From: a virus
Lineage: Duplodnaviria > Caudoviricetes
Reading direction: 5' to 3' (one strand)
IMG/VR virus record: IMGVR_UViG_3300005332_000003
Location: 1 to 35,998 of that record
DNA: 35,998 bases
Part shown: piece by piece, positions 25,977-35,485 of the stretch
Numbering within the stretch: the first letter of the stretch is position 1
Layout: the number at the start of each line of letters is the position of its first letter
Program-made: the position numbers and the translations under genes
The notes under the pieces: generated by a model
The model's database searches: none
What the model saw: only the letters and a program-made list of their open reading frames with translations
Told to the model about the DNA's origin: nothing

Positions 25977-28258
25977 CCGTGAACAACTGGGAACACTGGC
26001 TGTTCGCGCAACACAAGCTGCGCAACGTGCTGCGGCGCGGCTACCTGCTCAAGACGTACTACGACAAGAAGCTCCTGCAAGCCAGGATCAAGACCGGCGT
26101 TGAGATTGAGAACGACCGCATCGACTGGCTGCACCCGGTCGGGTTCCTCGGGCGCGTGGCGCCGGCCAACAAGGTCGAGGTCCTCACGATGGACGTCGGC
26201 GCCGATCCATCGCGCCGCGTGATCGCCTGGGTGATCGGCGACCGTGCCACACACCCGAAGATCGAGGAGGGCGAGTCGATTCTGTACTCGCCCGGCGACA
26301 AGAAAAAATACATCAGGGTCTACAAGAAGCAGCAAAAGCAGACCGGCGGTGGTGGCGGCCGCGACGATGGCGGCGGCGAACAGAGCGAAAGCCGGGAGGG
26401 CATTCACACCGACGCTGACGACCTGCCGATCACGTCGAACACCAAGGACAGTTTCCAGGGCAACGCCGACAAGGGACAGGGCTTCACGACCAAAGCGAAC
26501 TTCGACATCAAGGCCGACCAGAACACGCAGTTCCAGGCGGCGAAGCACGTCCGCATCGGGACGACCTATCGCGAGGGCGACACCTACACCCAGGGCGTTG
26601 AGTACGCGGTGGACCATGTTGCCGGCGGAGGGGCGAGCATATCGCCGTCCACGGGGCTCCGCGCGGGCGAGACCGGCCGTCCCGATGGCTCGCAAGAGTG
26701 GAGCGCGAGCGGACAGGCCGGCAACGTGTCGCTGCTGGACATTGGCAGTCGGGTTGCGGCGCTCGAAGCCGGCAGCGGCGGCGACGGCGAGCCTGGACCG
26801 CCGGGACCACCCGGCCCGCCTGGACCAGCAGGACCGCAAGGACCGACCGGCCCGCAGGGACCGACGGGTGCCACGGGTGCGCAAGGTCCTGCCGGCGCCA
26901 CCGGACCAGCGGGAGCAACGGGCGCGCAAGGTCCGAAGGGCGACAAGGGCGACACCGGCGCAGCCGGCGCCACTGGCGCGCAAGGTCCCCAGGGTCCAGC
27001 CGGGCCGACGGGATCGACCGGCGCCACCGGACCAGCCGGTCCGACGGGTCCGCAAGGCGATCCCGGCCCGACAGGTCCGACGGGTCCACCCGGCACAACC
27101 GACTGGGCAGGCATCACCGGCAAGCCGTCGACGTTCCCACCCGATCCCGAAGCGGTGGACGACCGGGTCGCCGCGCTGCTCCAGGCGGGAAGCAACGTCA
27201 GCCTCACCTACAACGATGCCGCCAACACGCTGACAATCGCGGCCGCTGGTGTCACCGACGGCGACAAAGGCGACATCACGGTCAGCGGCGGCGGCGCGAC
27301 CTGGACCGTCGACCCGCAGGCGATCACCTACAGCAAAATCCAGAACGTGTCGGCGACCGACCGCATCCTCGGCCGCTCGTCGGCTGGCGCCGGCACGGTG
27401 CAGGAGATCGTCTTTACGCAGGCCGCTCGCGATCTTGCGGACGACACGACGGCCGCGGCGCAGCGGACCACGCTCGGGCTCGGCAACGTCGACAACACCA
27501 GCGACAACAACAAGCCGATAGGCAGCACCTGCGGGCGCTTCATTTGGAACACTGCCACGACCTGCTTTTTCGTCACGCTCGACGGCCAATGGCTTCGGGT
27601 CAACGGCGTGTGGCGCCAGATTCCGGGCGCTGGCATCCAGTTCGACGCGACTGGCTTGGCTGCATCGACACGCTACTACGCCTACGTGTTTGACAATGCC
27701 GGCACGCTCACCGGCGAATTTAGTACGACGGCGCGCACCAAGCACACCGACGGAACGGCGATCAAGAGCGGCGATCCAACGCGCGCCCTCGTCGGCATGG
27801 TCTACACCAACGCGAGCGCACAGTTCTACGACCTCGGCGTGGCGTCGTGGTTCAACCGGCGCGGCAAGGTCGGGAGCGCCACCATCACCACCACGCGCAC
27901 CACGACCGCGACAACGGACACCGAGCTCAATGCCGAACTTCGCGTCTCATTTGCCGCGTGGGGCGACGAGCCCGTCATCGCTACGCTCGGCGGCGCTGCC
28001 TATCCGGCCGCCATTGTCAACGCGCGCATCGTGAGCAGCATCTGCTTCGACGGCACCCTCCCAACCGAAAGCCCGAAAAGCACAATCGCGGGGGAGACAA
28101 CCGCGCAGGCGTACAAAACGCTTTCGTTGACCGTCATGAAATCGTTGGGCGAGGGCGGGCACTACGCCACGCTGTTCGCCCGCGTCGGCAACGCTGCACA
28201 CACTGGCACCTTCGACATGGACAACCCGGCGACCGTCGCCGTGATGATCCGGGGGTGA
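25973..28258 (+). CDS. baseplate spike (Mu gp45-like) fused to collagen-like and fibre domains
   Basis: N-terminal gp45 pattern (LQARI..G..IE..I..LHPVGF...EEGESILY), 35 Gly-X-Y triplets, C-terminal fibre-like domain. Confidence 0.8.
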   Translation: MTVNNWEHWLFAQHKLRNVLRRGYLLKTYYDKKLLQARIKTGVEIENDRIDWLHPVGFLGRVAPANKVEVLTMDVGADPSRRVIAWVIGDRATHPKIEEGESILYSPGDKKKYIRVYKKQQKQTGGGGGRDDGGGEQSESREGIHTDADDLPITSNTKDSFQGNADKGQGFTTKANFDIKADQNTQFQAAKHVRIGTTYREGDTYTQGVEYAVDHVAGGGASISPSTGLRAGETGRPDGSQEWSASGQAGNVSLLDIGSRVAALEAGSGGDGEPGPPGPPGPPGPAGPQGPTGPQGPTGATGAQGPAGATGPAGATGAQGPKGDKGDTGAAGATGAQGPQGPAGPTGSTGATGPAGPTGPQGDPGPTGPTGPPGTTDWAGITGKPSTFPPDPEAVDDRVAALLQAGSNVSLTYNDAANTLTIAAAGVTDGDKGDITVSGGGATWTVDPQAITYSKIQNVSATDRILGRSSAGAGTVQEIVFTQAARDLADDTTAAAQRTTLGLGNVDNTSDNNKPIGSTCGRFIWNTATTCFFVTLDGQWLRVNGVWRQIPGAGIQFDATGLAASTRYYAYVFDNAGTLTGEFSTTARTKHTDGTAIKSGDPTRALVGMVYTNASAQFYDLGVASWFNRRGKVGSATITTTRTTTATTDTELNAELRVSFAAWGDEPVIATLGGAAYPAAIVNARIVSSICFDGTLPTESPKSTIAGETTAQAYKTLSLTVMKSLGEGGHYATLFARVGNAAHTGTFDMDNPATVAVMIRG
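26786..27100 (+). repeat. collagen-like (Gly-X-Y)35 coding repeat
   Basis: Uninterrupted GEP GPP GPP ... GPP GTT. Confidence 0.95.
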
Positions 28259-28308
28259 TTTGACAAGGCGGGGCGCTCGGCGCTTCGATTGCGGGCGGGA
28301 GGGATGGC

Positions 28309-28887
28309 ATGGCGTCGATGATCAACCCGTGCGCGCCGGCACCGCCGCGCTGCCGCACCCGGTTCCTGCCGCTGTTCCAGCCCGGCATTTCGTCGCGCCG
28401 CATCCCCGAGTGCGGCCCCGACTACTGCGGCCTGCTCGACTGCGGATCGCCGAACTGGCGCGTGAGCAACGCCGGCACGCTGGATCGCTCGCGCTGGCTT
28501 GAGGGCTGGATTGCCACGCAACTGTTCACGCGCGGCGCGGTGTCGTGCGAGGAGCATCCGCTCGGCAAGCGCGACGGTGGCTGGTGGGCAGACGCCTTCC
28601 GCCGCGAGACGTTCAAGTCAGGGTCCAAGCTGTGGTCGCTGGCGTGGTCGCCGGTTACGAACGACACGCTCGTCACCGCCAAGCAATACGCCATCGAGGC
28701 GCTGCAGTACCTGCTCGCCTGGGGCATCGTGTCCACGCTCACGGTCGACGCGCTGTATATCAGCCGGCACGTGATGCAGTTGCGGGTGAAGGTCACCGGC
28801 CCAGGTGTCTCGACGTCGCTCGCGTTCGAGGGACAGGCGGTGCCGAATAGCGGCTGGCTGTGGCAGGAGTACAGGGCAGGGGCGTGA
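28309..28887 (+). CDS. baseplate protein (Mu gp46-like)
   Basis: GGWWADAF...GSKLWSL...AKQYAIEALQYL. Confidence 0.85.
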   Translation: MASMINPCAPAPPRCRTRFLPLFQPGISSRRIPECGPDYCGLLDCGSPNWRVSNAGTLDRSRWLEGWIATQLFTRGAVSCEEHPLGKRDGGWWADAFRRETFKSGSKLWSLAWSPVTNDTLVTAKQYAIEALQYLLAWGIVSTLTVDALYISRHVMQLRVKVTGPGVSTSLAFEGQAVPNSGWLWQEYRAGA

Positions 28888-28888
28888 C

Positions 28889-30082
28889 ATGGCACTGATC
28901 ACCTCGATTGATTGCGTGCTGCCGCGGCCCGACATCGGGCTGCTGCAGGAGCAGGTGCGGGTGGAGCTCTCCAAGCGCCTGCTCGGCGGTGCGCCGGTGG
29001 TGCCGATGAGTGCCGAGGACGTGCTCGCCTTCGTGATGGCGGGCACGACGAACCTGATGCACGGCTTCGTCACCCAGGCGCTGAAAGAGAACGATCCGGC
29101 CACCATGTGTTGCGACAACCTCGTCACCTACGGCGCCCGGCGCGACATCAACCTGCGTGCCTCCACCCGCGCCAAGGGCTACGTGGCGATCACCGGCACG
29201 GCCGGCGCGGCGATCCCGGCCACGATCCGGTTCGTGGGTGAGAGCTCGCGCGAGTACAAGCTCGACCCCGGCGTGACGTTCAACCCGACCGCCCTGGATA
29301 GCAGCGGCGGTGCGGTGCTGCGGGTGGTCGCCACCCTGGGCGGCTCGGCGTTCAACCTGGACAGCGGCGCGCCGCTCGTCGTCTCGACCACGTTCCCCGG
29401 CATCGACCTGCAGGCCACGATAGTCGGCAACGGGCTCACCGGCGGCACCGACGACGAATCGTGCGAGCAGTTGCGGGCGCGGATCATCGCCGCCGAAGGC
29501 GCCGGCGTCGTCACCACGAACGGCCAGTGGTACTTGCAGCAGACCGCCACGTATCCCGGCGTGACCCGTGCCTGCTTCGACGAGTGCGAGGGATGCTGCG
29601 ACCCGGCGCGCGTGGTGGTGTACCCGTTCATGGAGGGCGTGTATGGCGATATCGCCACGGCACCCTACGGCGTGCCGCCCGGCGAGGTGCTGTGCGAGAT
29701 GTCCGAATGGATGTTCGGCAAGGCACCCGGCCACGGCGAGGGACAGGCGCCAATGGGCATCGTCGGCCAATACGCCACGGCGTTGCCGACGGTGGTGACC
29801 ATCAACGCCTACTGCTTCCAAGGCTGTCCAGCCGGCGCGGCCGAGCGCATCCAGTCGGCATTGCGCACGCTGATCCGCGCCTCGACGTGTGTTGGCTCGC
29901 GCATCTGCAAGGAACAACTGCGGGCCGCCGCCTACACCGCGGTCGGCCCCGACGCCTGCTTCTCCACCGTTGAACTGGCGTTCGACAGCACTCTGTGGCG
30001 CGAGGACGCGGCTTACGCCTATCTCGCGTGCGCGCACTTCCTCGTCGTTGGCAATGTCAACCTGATCCCGACCTTCTCATGA
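28889..30082 (+). CDS. baseplate J / Mu gp47-like protein
   Basis: AKGYVAITGTAG, GLTGGTDDES.EQLRARI, PGVTRA. Confidence 0.9.
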   Translation: MALITSIDCVLPRPDIGLLQEQVRVELSKRLLGGAPVVPMSAEDVLAFVMAGTTNLMHGFVTQALKENDPATMCCDNLVTYGARRDINLRASTRAKGYVAITGTAGAAIPATIRFVGESSREYKLDPGVTFNPTALDSSGGAVLRVVATLGGSAFNLDSGAPLVVSTTFPGIDLQATIVGNGLTGGTDDESCEQLRARIIAAEGAGVVTTNGQWYLQQTATYPGVTRACFDECEGCCDPARVVVYPFMEGVYGDIATAPYGVPPGEVLCEMSEWMFGKAPGHGEGQAPMGIVGQYATALPTVVTINAYCFQGCPAGAAERIQSALRTLIRASTCVGSRICKEQLRAAAYTAVGPDACFSTVELAFDSTLWREDAAYAYLACAHFLVVGNVNLIPTFS

Positions 30083-30981
30083 CCGCCACCGGACCCGACG
30101 CACCAGCGATCAAGTGCTACACGCCCGACACCTGTTGCGGGCCGTCGCCGTGCGCCGTCGATGAGGACGAGTTCATCTGCCAGATTCGCACGCTCCTGCC
30201 CGAGGGCGAACCCTGGAACAACACCCGGCCGGCGACCGCCACCCCGCCGGTCAATCAGGGCGCCATCACCATCGGCTGCGCGCACGTCGGCTGCGAGCAG
30301 CTTGTGCTCGGCGGTTGCTGCGCCGACTCGGTCACGTGCGAGGACATCCCGGTGGCGCCGCAGTTGGCGGTGGTCGACTCCTTCGCCAGCGTGGCGCACG
30401 GCGCCGTCGTCGCGCTGTGCCGGATGCTGCACGAGCTCGACCCGTGCACCGCCGACCTCACGATCGAGTATTGGGCCGAGCGGCTCGGCGTCGGAAAGCC
30501 CGATCCCTGCGGGCCTTCCTTCTCCGACCAGGTGCTCGGCATCCTGATTTGCTTGTTCGTGAAGCTGCGGCAGCACGTGATCAATCTGGCGTACCTCGAG
30601 GAGCTCGCCGCCGCGTTCGGTGCCGATGTCGTGGTGCGCGATGCTGGCGACATGAATTGCGGTCCCACCGGGTGGTGGACGCTGGCGCGCGACCGCGCGA
30701 TGTGCGCGACCATCCAGCCGTGCCCCGACGAACCGTTCGACAAGGGCGGAAAACTGATGAGCATGGTGCCGTGCAGCCCGACGCCGCCGCCATCACTCAA
30801 CTTCGTGCTGTCCCCGACGGACATCACGCTGCCGGCGAACTGCAACCTGCCGCCGATCCCGGCAACGAGGCCGCACGATCCCGACCTCTACGCGGCGTTC
30901 AAGTGGCTGCTGCCGCTGATCCTGCCGCAAAATATCCTCGCCTGCGTGTACGAGCGCGACCCGGCCAACTGCATCGTCTGA
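30079..30981 (+). CDS. baseplate wedge protein (Mu gp48/YmfQ-like), very Cys-rich
   Basis: LLPEGEPW...ELDPCTA...WAERLG..PDPC pattern; follows J. Confidence 0.75.
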   Translation: MTATGPDAPAIKCYTPDTCCGPSPCAVDEDEFICQIRTLLPEGEPWNNTRPATATPPVNQGAITIGCAHVGCEQLVLGGCCADSVTCEDIPVAPQLAVVDSFASVAHGAVVALCRMLHELDPCTADLTIEYWAERLGVGKPDPCGPSFSDQVLGILICLFVKLRQHVINLAYLEELAAAFGADVVVRDAGDMNCGPTGWWTLARDRAMCATIQPCPDEPFDKGGKLMSMVPCSPTPPPSLNFVLSPTDITLPANCNLPPIPATRPHDPDLYAAFKWLLPLILPQNILACVYERDPANCIV

Positions 30982-31010
30982 CGTCCCGGCTACCGTGATG
31001 CCACCGCTTC

Positions 31011-31024
31011 CGGTATGCTGCGCC
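31011..31024 (+). promoter_or_regulatory. putative -10 element upstream of tail fibre
   Basis: CGGTATGCTGCGCC, matching the motif upstream of the sheath gene. Confidence 0.4.
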
Positions 31025-31046
31025 ACCCGAACGGGGATGGGGCGTC

Positions 31047-32963
31047 ATGGCCGCGATCTTTCCGCCCGCCTCACAAGGCGGCGTTCCGCCCGGCCCAAAC
31101 GTCTGCAACGGGTACACGCCCGAGCACGGCGTTTCCGGTGAAGGTCCGCTCTACGTCGCCAACGACTGCACCACGACGCTGACCGACTGCCAGATGAACG
31201 CGCTCACGAGCGAGCTCCTGGCCGCGGTCGACCGCCTGGGCTTCACCTACAACTCGGGCAGCATCACGAACCTCGCCGATGCGCTGACCGCGCTGTTCGA
31301 CAGCCTGTCCACCGGCAAGGTGGACATCAGCGGCGACACGATGACCGGCCCGCTGATCCTGGCCGCCGATCCTACCGTGCCGCTTGGCGCCGCGACGAAG
31401 CAGTACATCGACAACTCGCACCTGGACATTATCGGCCAACTTGCCGGCAAGGTGGCGAAGGCCGGCGACACCATGACCGGCCCGCTGACGTTGCCGGGGC
31501 CGCCGTCGGCGGCGCTCCACGCCGCCACGCGCGCCTACGTCGATGCCGGCGACACCGCCACCCAGGGCATGCTTGCGGCCAAGCTGGACAAGGCCGGCGG
31601 GACCATGACGGGCACGCTCGTGCTCGCCGGGTCGCCGGTGGCGAACGCCGACGCCGCCAACAAGCTCTACGTCGACACGCAGGTCACGGGCGCGACGACT
31701 GGGCGCTTCCTGCCGCTGACCGGCGGCACGCTCACCGGGCCGCTCGTGCTCTCGGGGCCACCGACCGCTCCGCTGAACCCGGTCACGCTGCAGTACTTCA
31801 CCGACAACATGGCGGCCGCGGGCTTGTATCCCGACGCGCCGAACGACGGGAAACTGTACGGCCGCAAGAGCAATGGCTGGACAGCGGGCGTTCAACTCGC
31901 CGGCGACACGATGACCGGCCCGCTGACGCTGTCAACGGCTACGCCCACGGGATCGCTGCACGCCGCGCCGAAGCAGTACGTCGACACTCAGGTCACGGCC
32001 AATCTCGGCGCCAAGGTGAACAAGGCCGGCGACACGATGACCGGCGCGCTCGTGCTCGCAGGCAATCCAGGCGCGGCGCTGGAGGCCGCGCCGAAGCAGT
32101 ACGTCGACACGCGCGTGACCCGAACCGGCGACACGATGACGGGCACGCTCAACCTCAACGTAGCAACGGCCGCGCAGGCGTGGAGCGTCAATGCCGGCGC
32201 GGCGTACGTGAAAGGCGACGGGTCGGCGCTCTATTCCGTCGCGCTCGACGTGCGGGGTGATCCAGCGTTCGTGCGCTTCTACGATTCCGGCGGGACAATC
32301 ATTCGCGCGCAGATCAATCCCGACGCGGCAGGCACTAGGCTCAATTTCACCATTGGCGGCACCCTCCAGGGATATTTCACCAACGCTGGCGTGCTCCACG
32401 TCAACAACAAACTGGAGATCAACAACTCCGACGCCTACCTCCTGTCCGAAGGACCGGGCGGCGACCTCTATTTGAAAGCGACCGCGCAATACTATTTCCG
32501 CTACAACGCGGGCGCGATCTACTGGTTCGGGTCCTCGGGCGGCGCCTATAACTTCGTCATAACATCGGCCGGCGACATCGGCATCAGGGGCGCCAATGCA
32601 ACCAAGGTAGGCGGCGGCCCGTGGCTCGATTCGTCCGACGCGCGGATCAAGGACCGCGTGCGCGACTACGAGCACGGCCTCGCCGAGATATGCCAACTGC
32701 AGCCGGTGACGTACCACTTCCTGGAAGCGACCGAGCGTGATCCGCGGCAACCGCATGTCGGTCTCGTGGCGCAAGACGCCGAGCCGATCATGCCGGAGCT
32801 CGTCACGCGGCAGATGATGACGCTCGGCAAGCTGCAGTTCGACGACATGCGGGTGCTCGACGCCGGCCCGCTGACCTTCGCCCTGATCAACGCCGTCAAG
32901 GAACTGGCTGCCGCCAACGATGAACTGCGCGCGCGTATCAAGGCGCTAGAGGAGATCGTGTGA
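31047..32963 (+). CDS. tail fibre protein with C-terminal peptidase S74 intramolecular chaperone
   Basis: Seven G[DG]T[ML]TG.L.L repeats, most followed by KQYVD-like motifs; SSDARIK, GLVAQD, terminal coiled coil. Confidence 0.88.
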   Translation: MAAIFPPASQGGVPPGPNVCNGYTPEHGVSGEGPLYVANDCTTTLTDCQMNALTSELLAAVDRLGFTYNSGSITNLADALTALFDSLSTGKVDISGDTMTGPLILAADPTVPLGAATKQYIDNSHLDIIGQLAGKVAKAGDTMTGPLTLPGPPSAALHAATRAYVDAGDTATQGMLAAKLDKAGGTMTGTLVLAGSPVANADAANKLYVDTQVTGATTGRFLPLTGGTLTGPLVLSGPPTAPLNPVTLQYFTDNMAAAGLYPDAPNDGKLYGRKSNGWTAGVQLAGDTMTGPLTLSTATPTGSLHAAPKQYVDTQVTANLGAKVNKAGDTMTGALVLAGNPGAALEAAPKQYVDTRVTRTGDTMTGTLNLNVATAAQAWSVNAGAAYVKGDGSALYSVALDVRGDPAFVRFYDSGGTIIRAQINPDAAGTRLNFTIGGTLQGYFTNAGVLHVNNKLEINNSDAYLLSEGPGGDLYLKATAQYYFRYNAGAIYWFGSSGGAYNFVITSAGDIGIRGANATKVGGGPWLDSSDARIKDRVRDYEHGLAEICQLQPVTYHFLEATERDPRQPHVGLVAQDAEPIMPELVTRQMMTLGKLQFDDMRVLDAGPLTFALINAVKELAAANDELRARIKALEEIV

Positions 32964-33679
32964 TGCCAACCACCCGCGTGATTGATCTATCGCACCACAA
33001 CACCATCCCGTCATCGCTCCAGCCGGCGCGCGATGCCGGCGTGTGGGGCGTGATCCACAAGCTCACCGAAGGGAGCAGCTACACGGACGACAAGGTGGAC
33101 TCGCGCTACTACCTCGCCAAGCAAGCGGGTCTGTTGTGGGGCGTCTACCACTTCATCCGACCGGGCAACATCGAGCAGCAGGCTGAGTTCTTCGTCGACC
33201 AGGCGGGCGCCCTTGAGGTTGCCGACGATGAAACGCTGTACGTGCTCGACTACGAGGACACGGGCGTGTCGCTCGACGACGCGCTGACCTTCATGCGCAG
33301 GGTCGAGGAGCTCACCGGCCGCGAGCCGGCGCTGTATTCCGGCCACGTGCTCAAGGAGGCGCTCGGCGGCAAGCCCAACGATGCGATTTCAGACTATCGC
33401 CTGTGGCTGGCGCAGTACTCGTCGTCACCCGATCTGCCGCCCGGCTTCGACAGCTATTGGCTGTGGCAGTTTTCCGAAAGCGGCAGCGTGCCGGGGATCG
33501 ACCCGCCGGTGGACCTCAACGCCTACGACGGCACCGAGGAGGCGCTTCGCTCCGACTGGTCTGGCGGTGCGCCCGTGCCAACACCGGAACCCGAACCGAC
33601 CGAGACCGTCGTTACGATCACCATCGCGGCGCCTCCTGGCGTCACGGTGGTCGTCAACACCGAGGAGGCGGAGCCATGA
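32963..33679 (+). CDS. endolysin, GH25 muramidase
   Basis: IDLSHHN, KLTEG, GVYHF, LDYE, LWLAQY, WLWQFS, VDLN. Confidence 0.92.
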   Translation: MPTTRVIDLSHHNTIPSSLQPARDAGVWGVIHKLTEGSSYTDDKVDSRYYLAKQAGLLWGVYHFIRPGNIEQQAEFFVDQAGALEVADDETLYVLDYEDTGVSLDDALTFMRRVEELTGREPALYSGHVLKEALGGKPNDAISDYRLWLAQYSSSPDLPPGFDSYWLWQFSESGSVPGIDPPVDLNAYDGTEEALRSDWSGGAPVPTPEPEPTETVVTITIAAPPGVTVVVNTEEAEP

Positions 33680-33966
33680 GCAGCAACGACCCACGCCCGC
33701 CGCCACAATCGACCATCCAGGCCGCGGGGCGCGTCGCCGAGGACGTCGTCGGCGGTCTGCAGAAAGCGCCGATCATGCTCGGCGTCATCGTGCTCAACGT
33801 CATCCTAGTCGGCGCCGCGCTCTATTTTTTGTCGACGCTGTCGGAGAATGCGCGGAAGCACCGCGAGGACTTGATGGCGCAGAACGCGAAGCAGTTCGAG
33901 GAGCTGATGCGGCTCTGCACGTCGCGCGACTACCGGCTACAGAGCGACGACGACGCGACGAAATAG
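33676..33966 (+). CDS. putative holin / single-TM lysis protein
   Basis: One TM (IMLGVIVLNVILVGAALYFL) followed by coiled coil; ATGA overlap with endolysin. Confidence 0.55.
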   Translation: MSSNDPRPPPQSTIQAAGRVAEDVVGGLQKAPIMLGVIVLNVILVGAALYFLSTLSENARKHREDLMAQNAKQFEELMRLCTSRDYRLQSDDDATK

Positions 33967-33975
33967 GGGGACGCG

Positions 33976-35328
33976 ATGTCCGGTATCTTCCCGAACGCGA
34001 GCGATGGCGGCCTCCCTCCCACGGCCGACCCCAACAACCCGTCGCACGCCTACGATCCCGTCCGCGATCCGGTGAGCACGTCGGCGCTCTACTACGGCAA
34101 CGGCTGCGACGTGCGGCTGCGGCCCGAGGTCGTCAACTCGCTGATCTCCGAGCAGGAGGCGCTCGTCGATGCCGCCGAGCTCGCCTACGATCCGGGGCGC
34201 CTGACGAACCTGCGGCTCGGGACGCAATACCTGATCCAGCGCGGGCTCATGTCCGGTTGCGCGCTTGTCGGCGGCCCGGCCGCGTACACCGGCACGCTGG
34301 ACCCTCCAGCCACCCGCTACAATGACTTCATGACGCTGCGGGTCGTGCCGCCCGTCACCAACACTGGGCCGGTCACTGTCAACTTCAACGGCCTGGGCGC
34401 CGTGCCGGTGCTGCGCAACGACGCGCTCGACCTGCGCGCCGACGACTTCCGCCAAGACATCCCGACGATCATCATCGCCAAGGCAAACAAGTTCTACGTC
34501 CCGTACCTCGTGCGATCACAGGTGCCGATCCTGCCGGTGGGTCCAATCGACGCCTGGGTGCGCACCGACGGCAATGACGCGACCGGCGATGGTTCCGCCA
34601 ACACCGCGGCCAAGGCGTTCCGCACGATCAACCGCGCGTTTCAGGTGCTCGGCAGCAAGTACCTGCAAAGCCCGTTGTTCACGATGAACATCCGGCTCGG
34701 CATCCCCGGCACTTACGAGGCGTTTCAGTTCGACGCCTTCGGCGGCTACGTCAACCTGTTCGGCGATCCGGCGAGCCCGTCGCAATATCGAATCGCCGGG
34801 ACGACCACCGGAACAATCCATTACAACGGCTACGTCAGCCGCACGAACGCAAACGTCCAGGGCGTGACCTTCGTCATGGACACGCCCGCGCCGACGCAAC
34901 ACTGGTCGCTCATTGCGACGAGCGGCGGGCAAGCGTCACTCGACAACTGCCGCTTCGAGGTCACCATCGGCAACAACAAGGCGACGTTCATTGTCGTCTC
35001 CGCCAACGGCATCTTCTCGTTCCGAAACAGTGTCGTCATCGACGGCGCCGGCGGCACCTATCAGAGTGCGATCTATTGCCAAGCGCAGGGAAACTGGTTT
35101 GGCGGCGAGATCGGCTCGACCCTCACCTTCCTGAACCTGACGGCGGCGTACGCATGTATCGACGTGGAGTTGCTCAGCCAGTTCTCGTATGTGTCGGCGA
35201 CCGTCGTCACCACCAACACGCACGGCCCGAAATACTACGCCAACGGCAACTCGCTGCTCGCCTTCGGCGTGCAACCTGTTCCGGGTGACTCGCCGGGTAC
35301 ATTGGCGTCGGGCGCGCAGCTAGTGTGA
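33976..35328 (+). CDS. second tail fibre / tailspike protein
   Basis: N-terminus paralogous to 31047 fibre; NTGPVTVNFNGLG; WVRTDGNDATGDG...AFRTI followed by a beta-helix-like region. Confidence 0.8.
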   Translation: MSGIFPNASDGGLPPTADPNNPSHAYDPVRDPVSTSALYYGNGCDVRLRPEVVNSLISEQEALVDAAELAYDPGRLTNLRLGTQYLIQRGLMSGCALVGGPAAYTGTLDPPATRYNDFMTLRVVPPVTNTGPVTVNFNGLGAVPVLRNDALDLRADDFRQDIPTIIIAKANKFYVPYLVRSQVPILPVGPIDAWVRTDGNDATGDGSANTAAKAFRTINRAFQVLGSKYLQSPLFTMNIRLGIPGTYEAFQFDAFGGYVNLFGDPASPSQYRIAGTTTGTIHYNGYVSRTNANVQGVTFVMDTPAPTQHWSLIATSGGQASLDNCRFEVTIGNNKATFIVVSANGIFSFRNSVVIDGAGGTYQSAIYCQAQGNWFGGEIGSTLTFLNLTAAYACIDVELLSQFSYVSATVVTTNTHGPKYYANGNSLLAFGVQPVPGDSPGTLASGAQLV

Positions 35329-35338
35329 GGAGGCCGCA

Positions 35339-35485
35339 ATGGACCGCAACATCGACGACTCTGCCGTGATGCGTCTCGTCGCGACGCTACAGCAGCAGCA
35401 GTCGCAGCCGTCGGCGCTGACGCAGTTACCGCAACAGCAGGCTACACCACCGCCACCGGCCGACGACGAGGAGGACGAGCGATGA
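35339..35485 (+). CDS. small Gln/Pro-rich protein (48 aa)
   Basis: GAGGAGG RBS; MDRNIDDSAVMRLVATLQQQQSQP...; ATGA overlap with next gene. Confidence 0.55.
   Translation: MDRNIDDSAVMRLVATLQQQQSQPSALTQLPQQQATPPPPADDEEDER

Noticed and set aside
8759-30981. Cys enrichment caused by codon reassignment
   Set aside because: Cys codons are ordinary TGC/TGT, also used in the conserved QueC/QueE motifs, and TGA functions as a stop with regular ATGA/TGATG overlaps.
31047-35328. Diversity-generating retroelement or invertible fibre cassette
   Set aside because: No reverse transcriptase, invertase, template repeat or flanking inverted repeats seen; both fibres are on the same strand.
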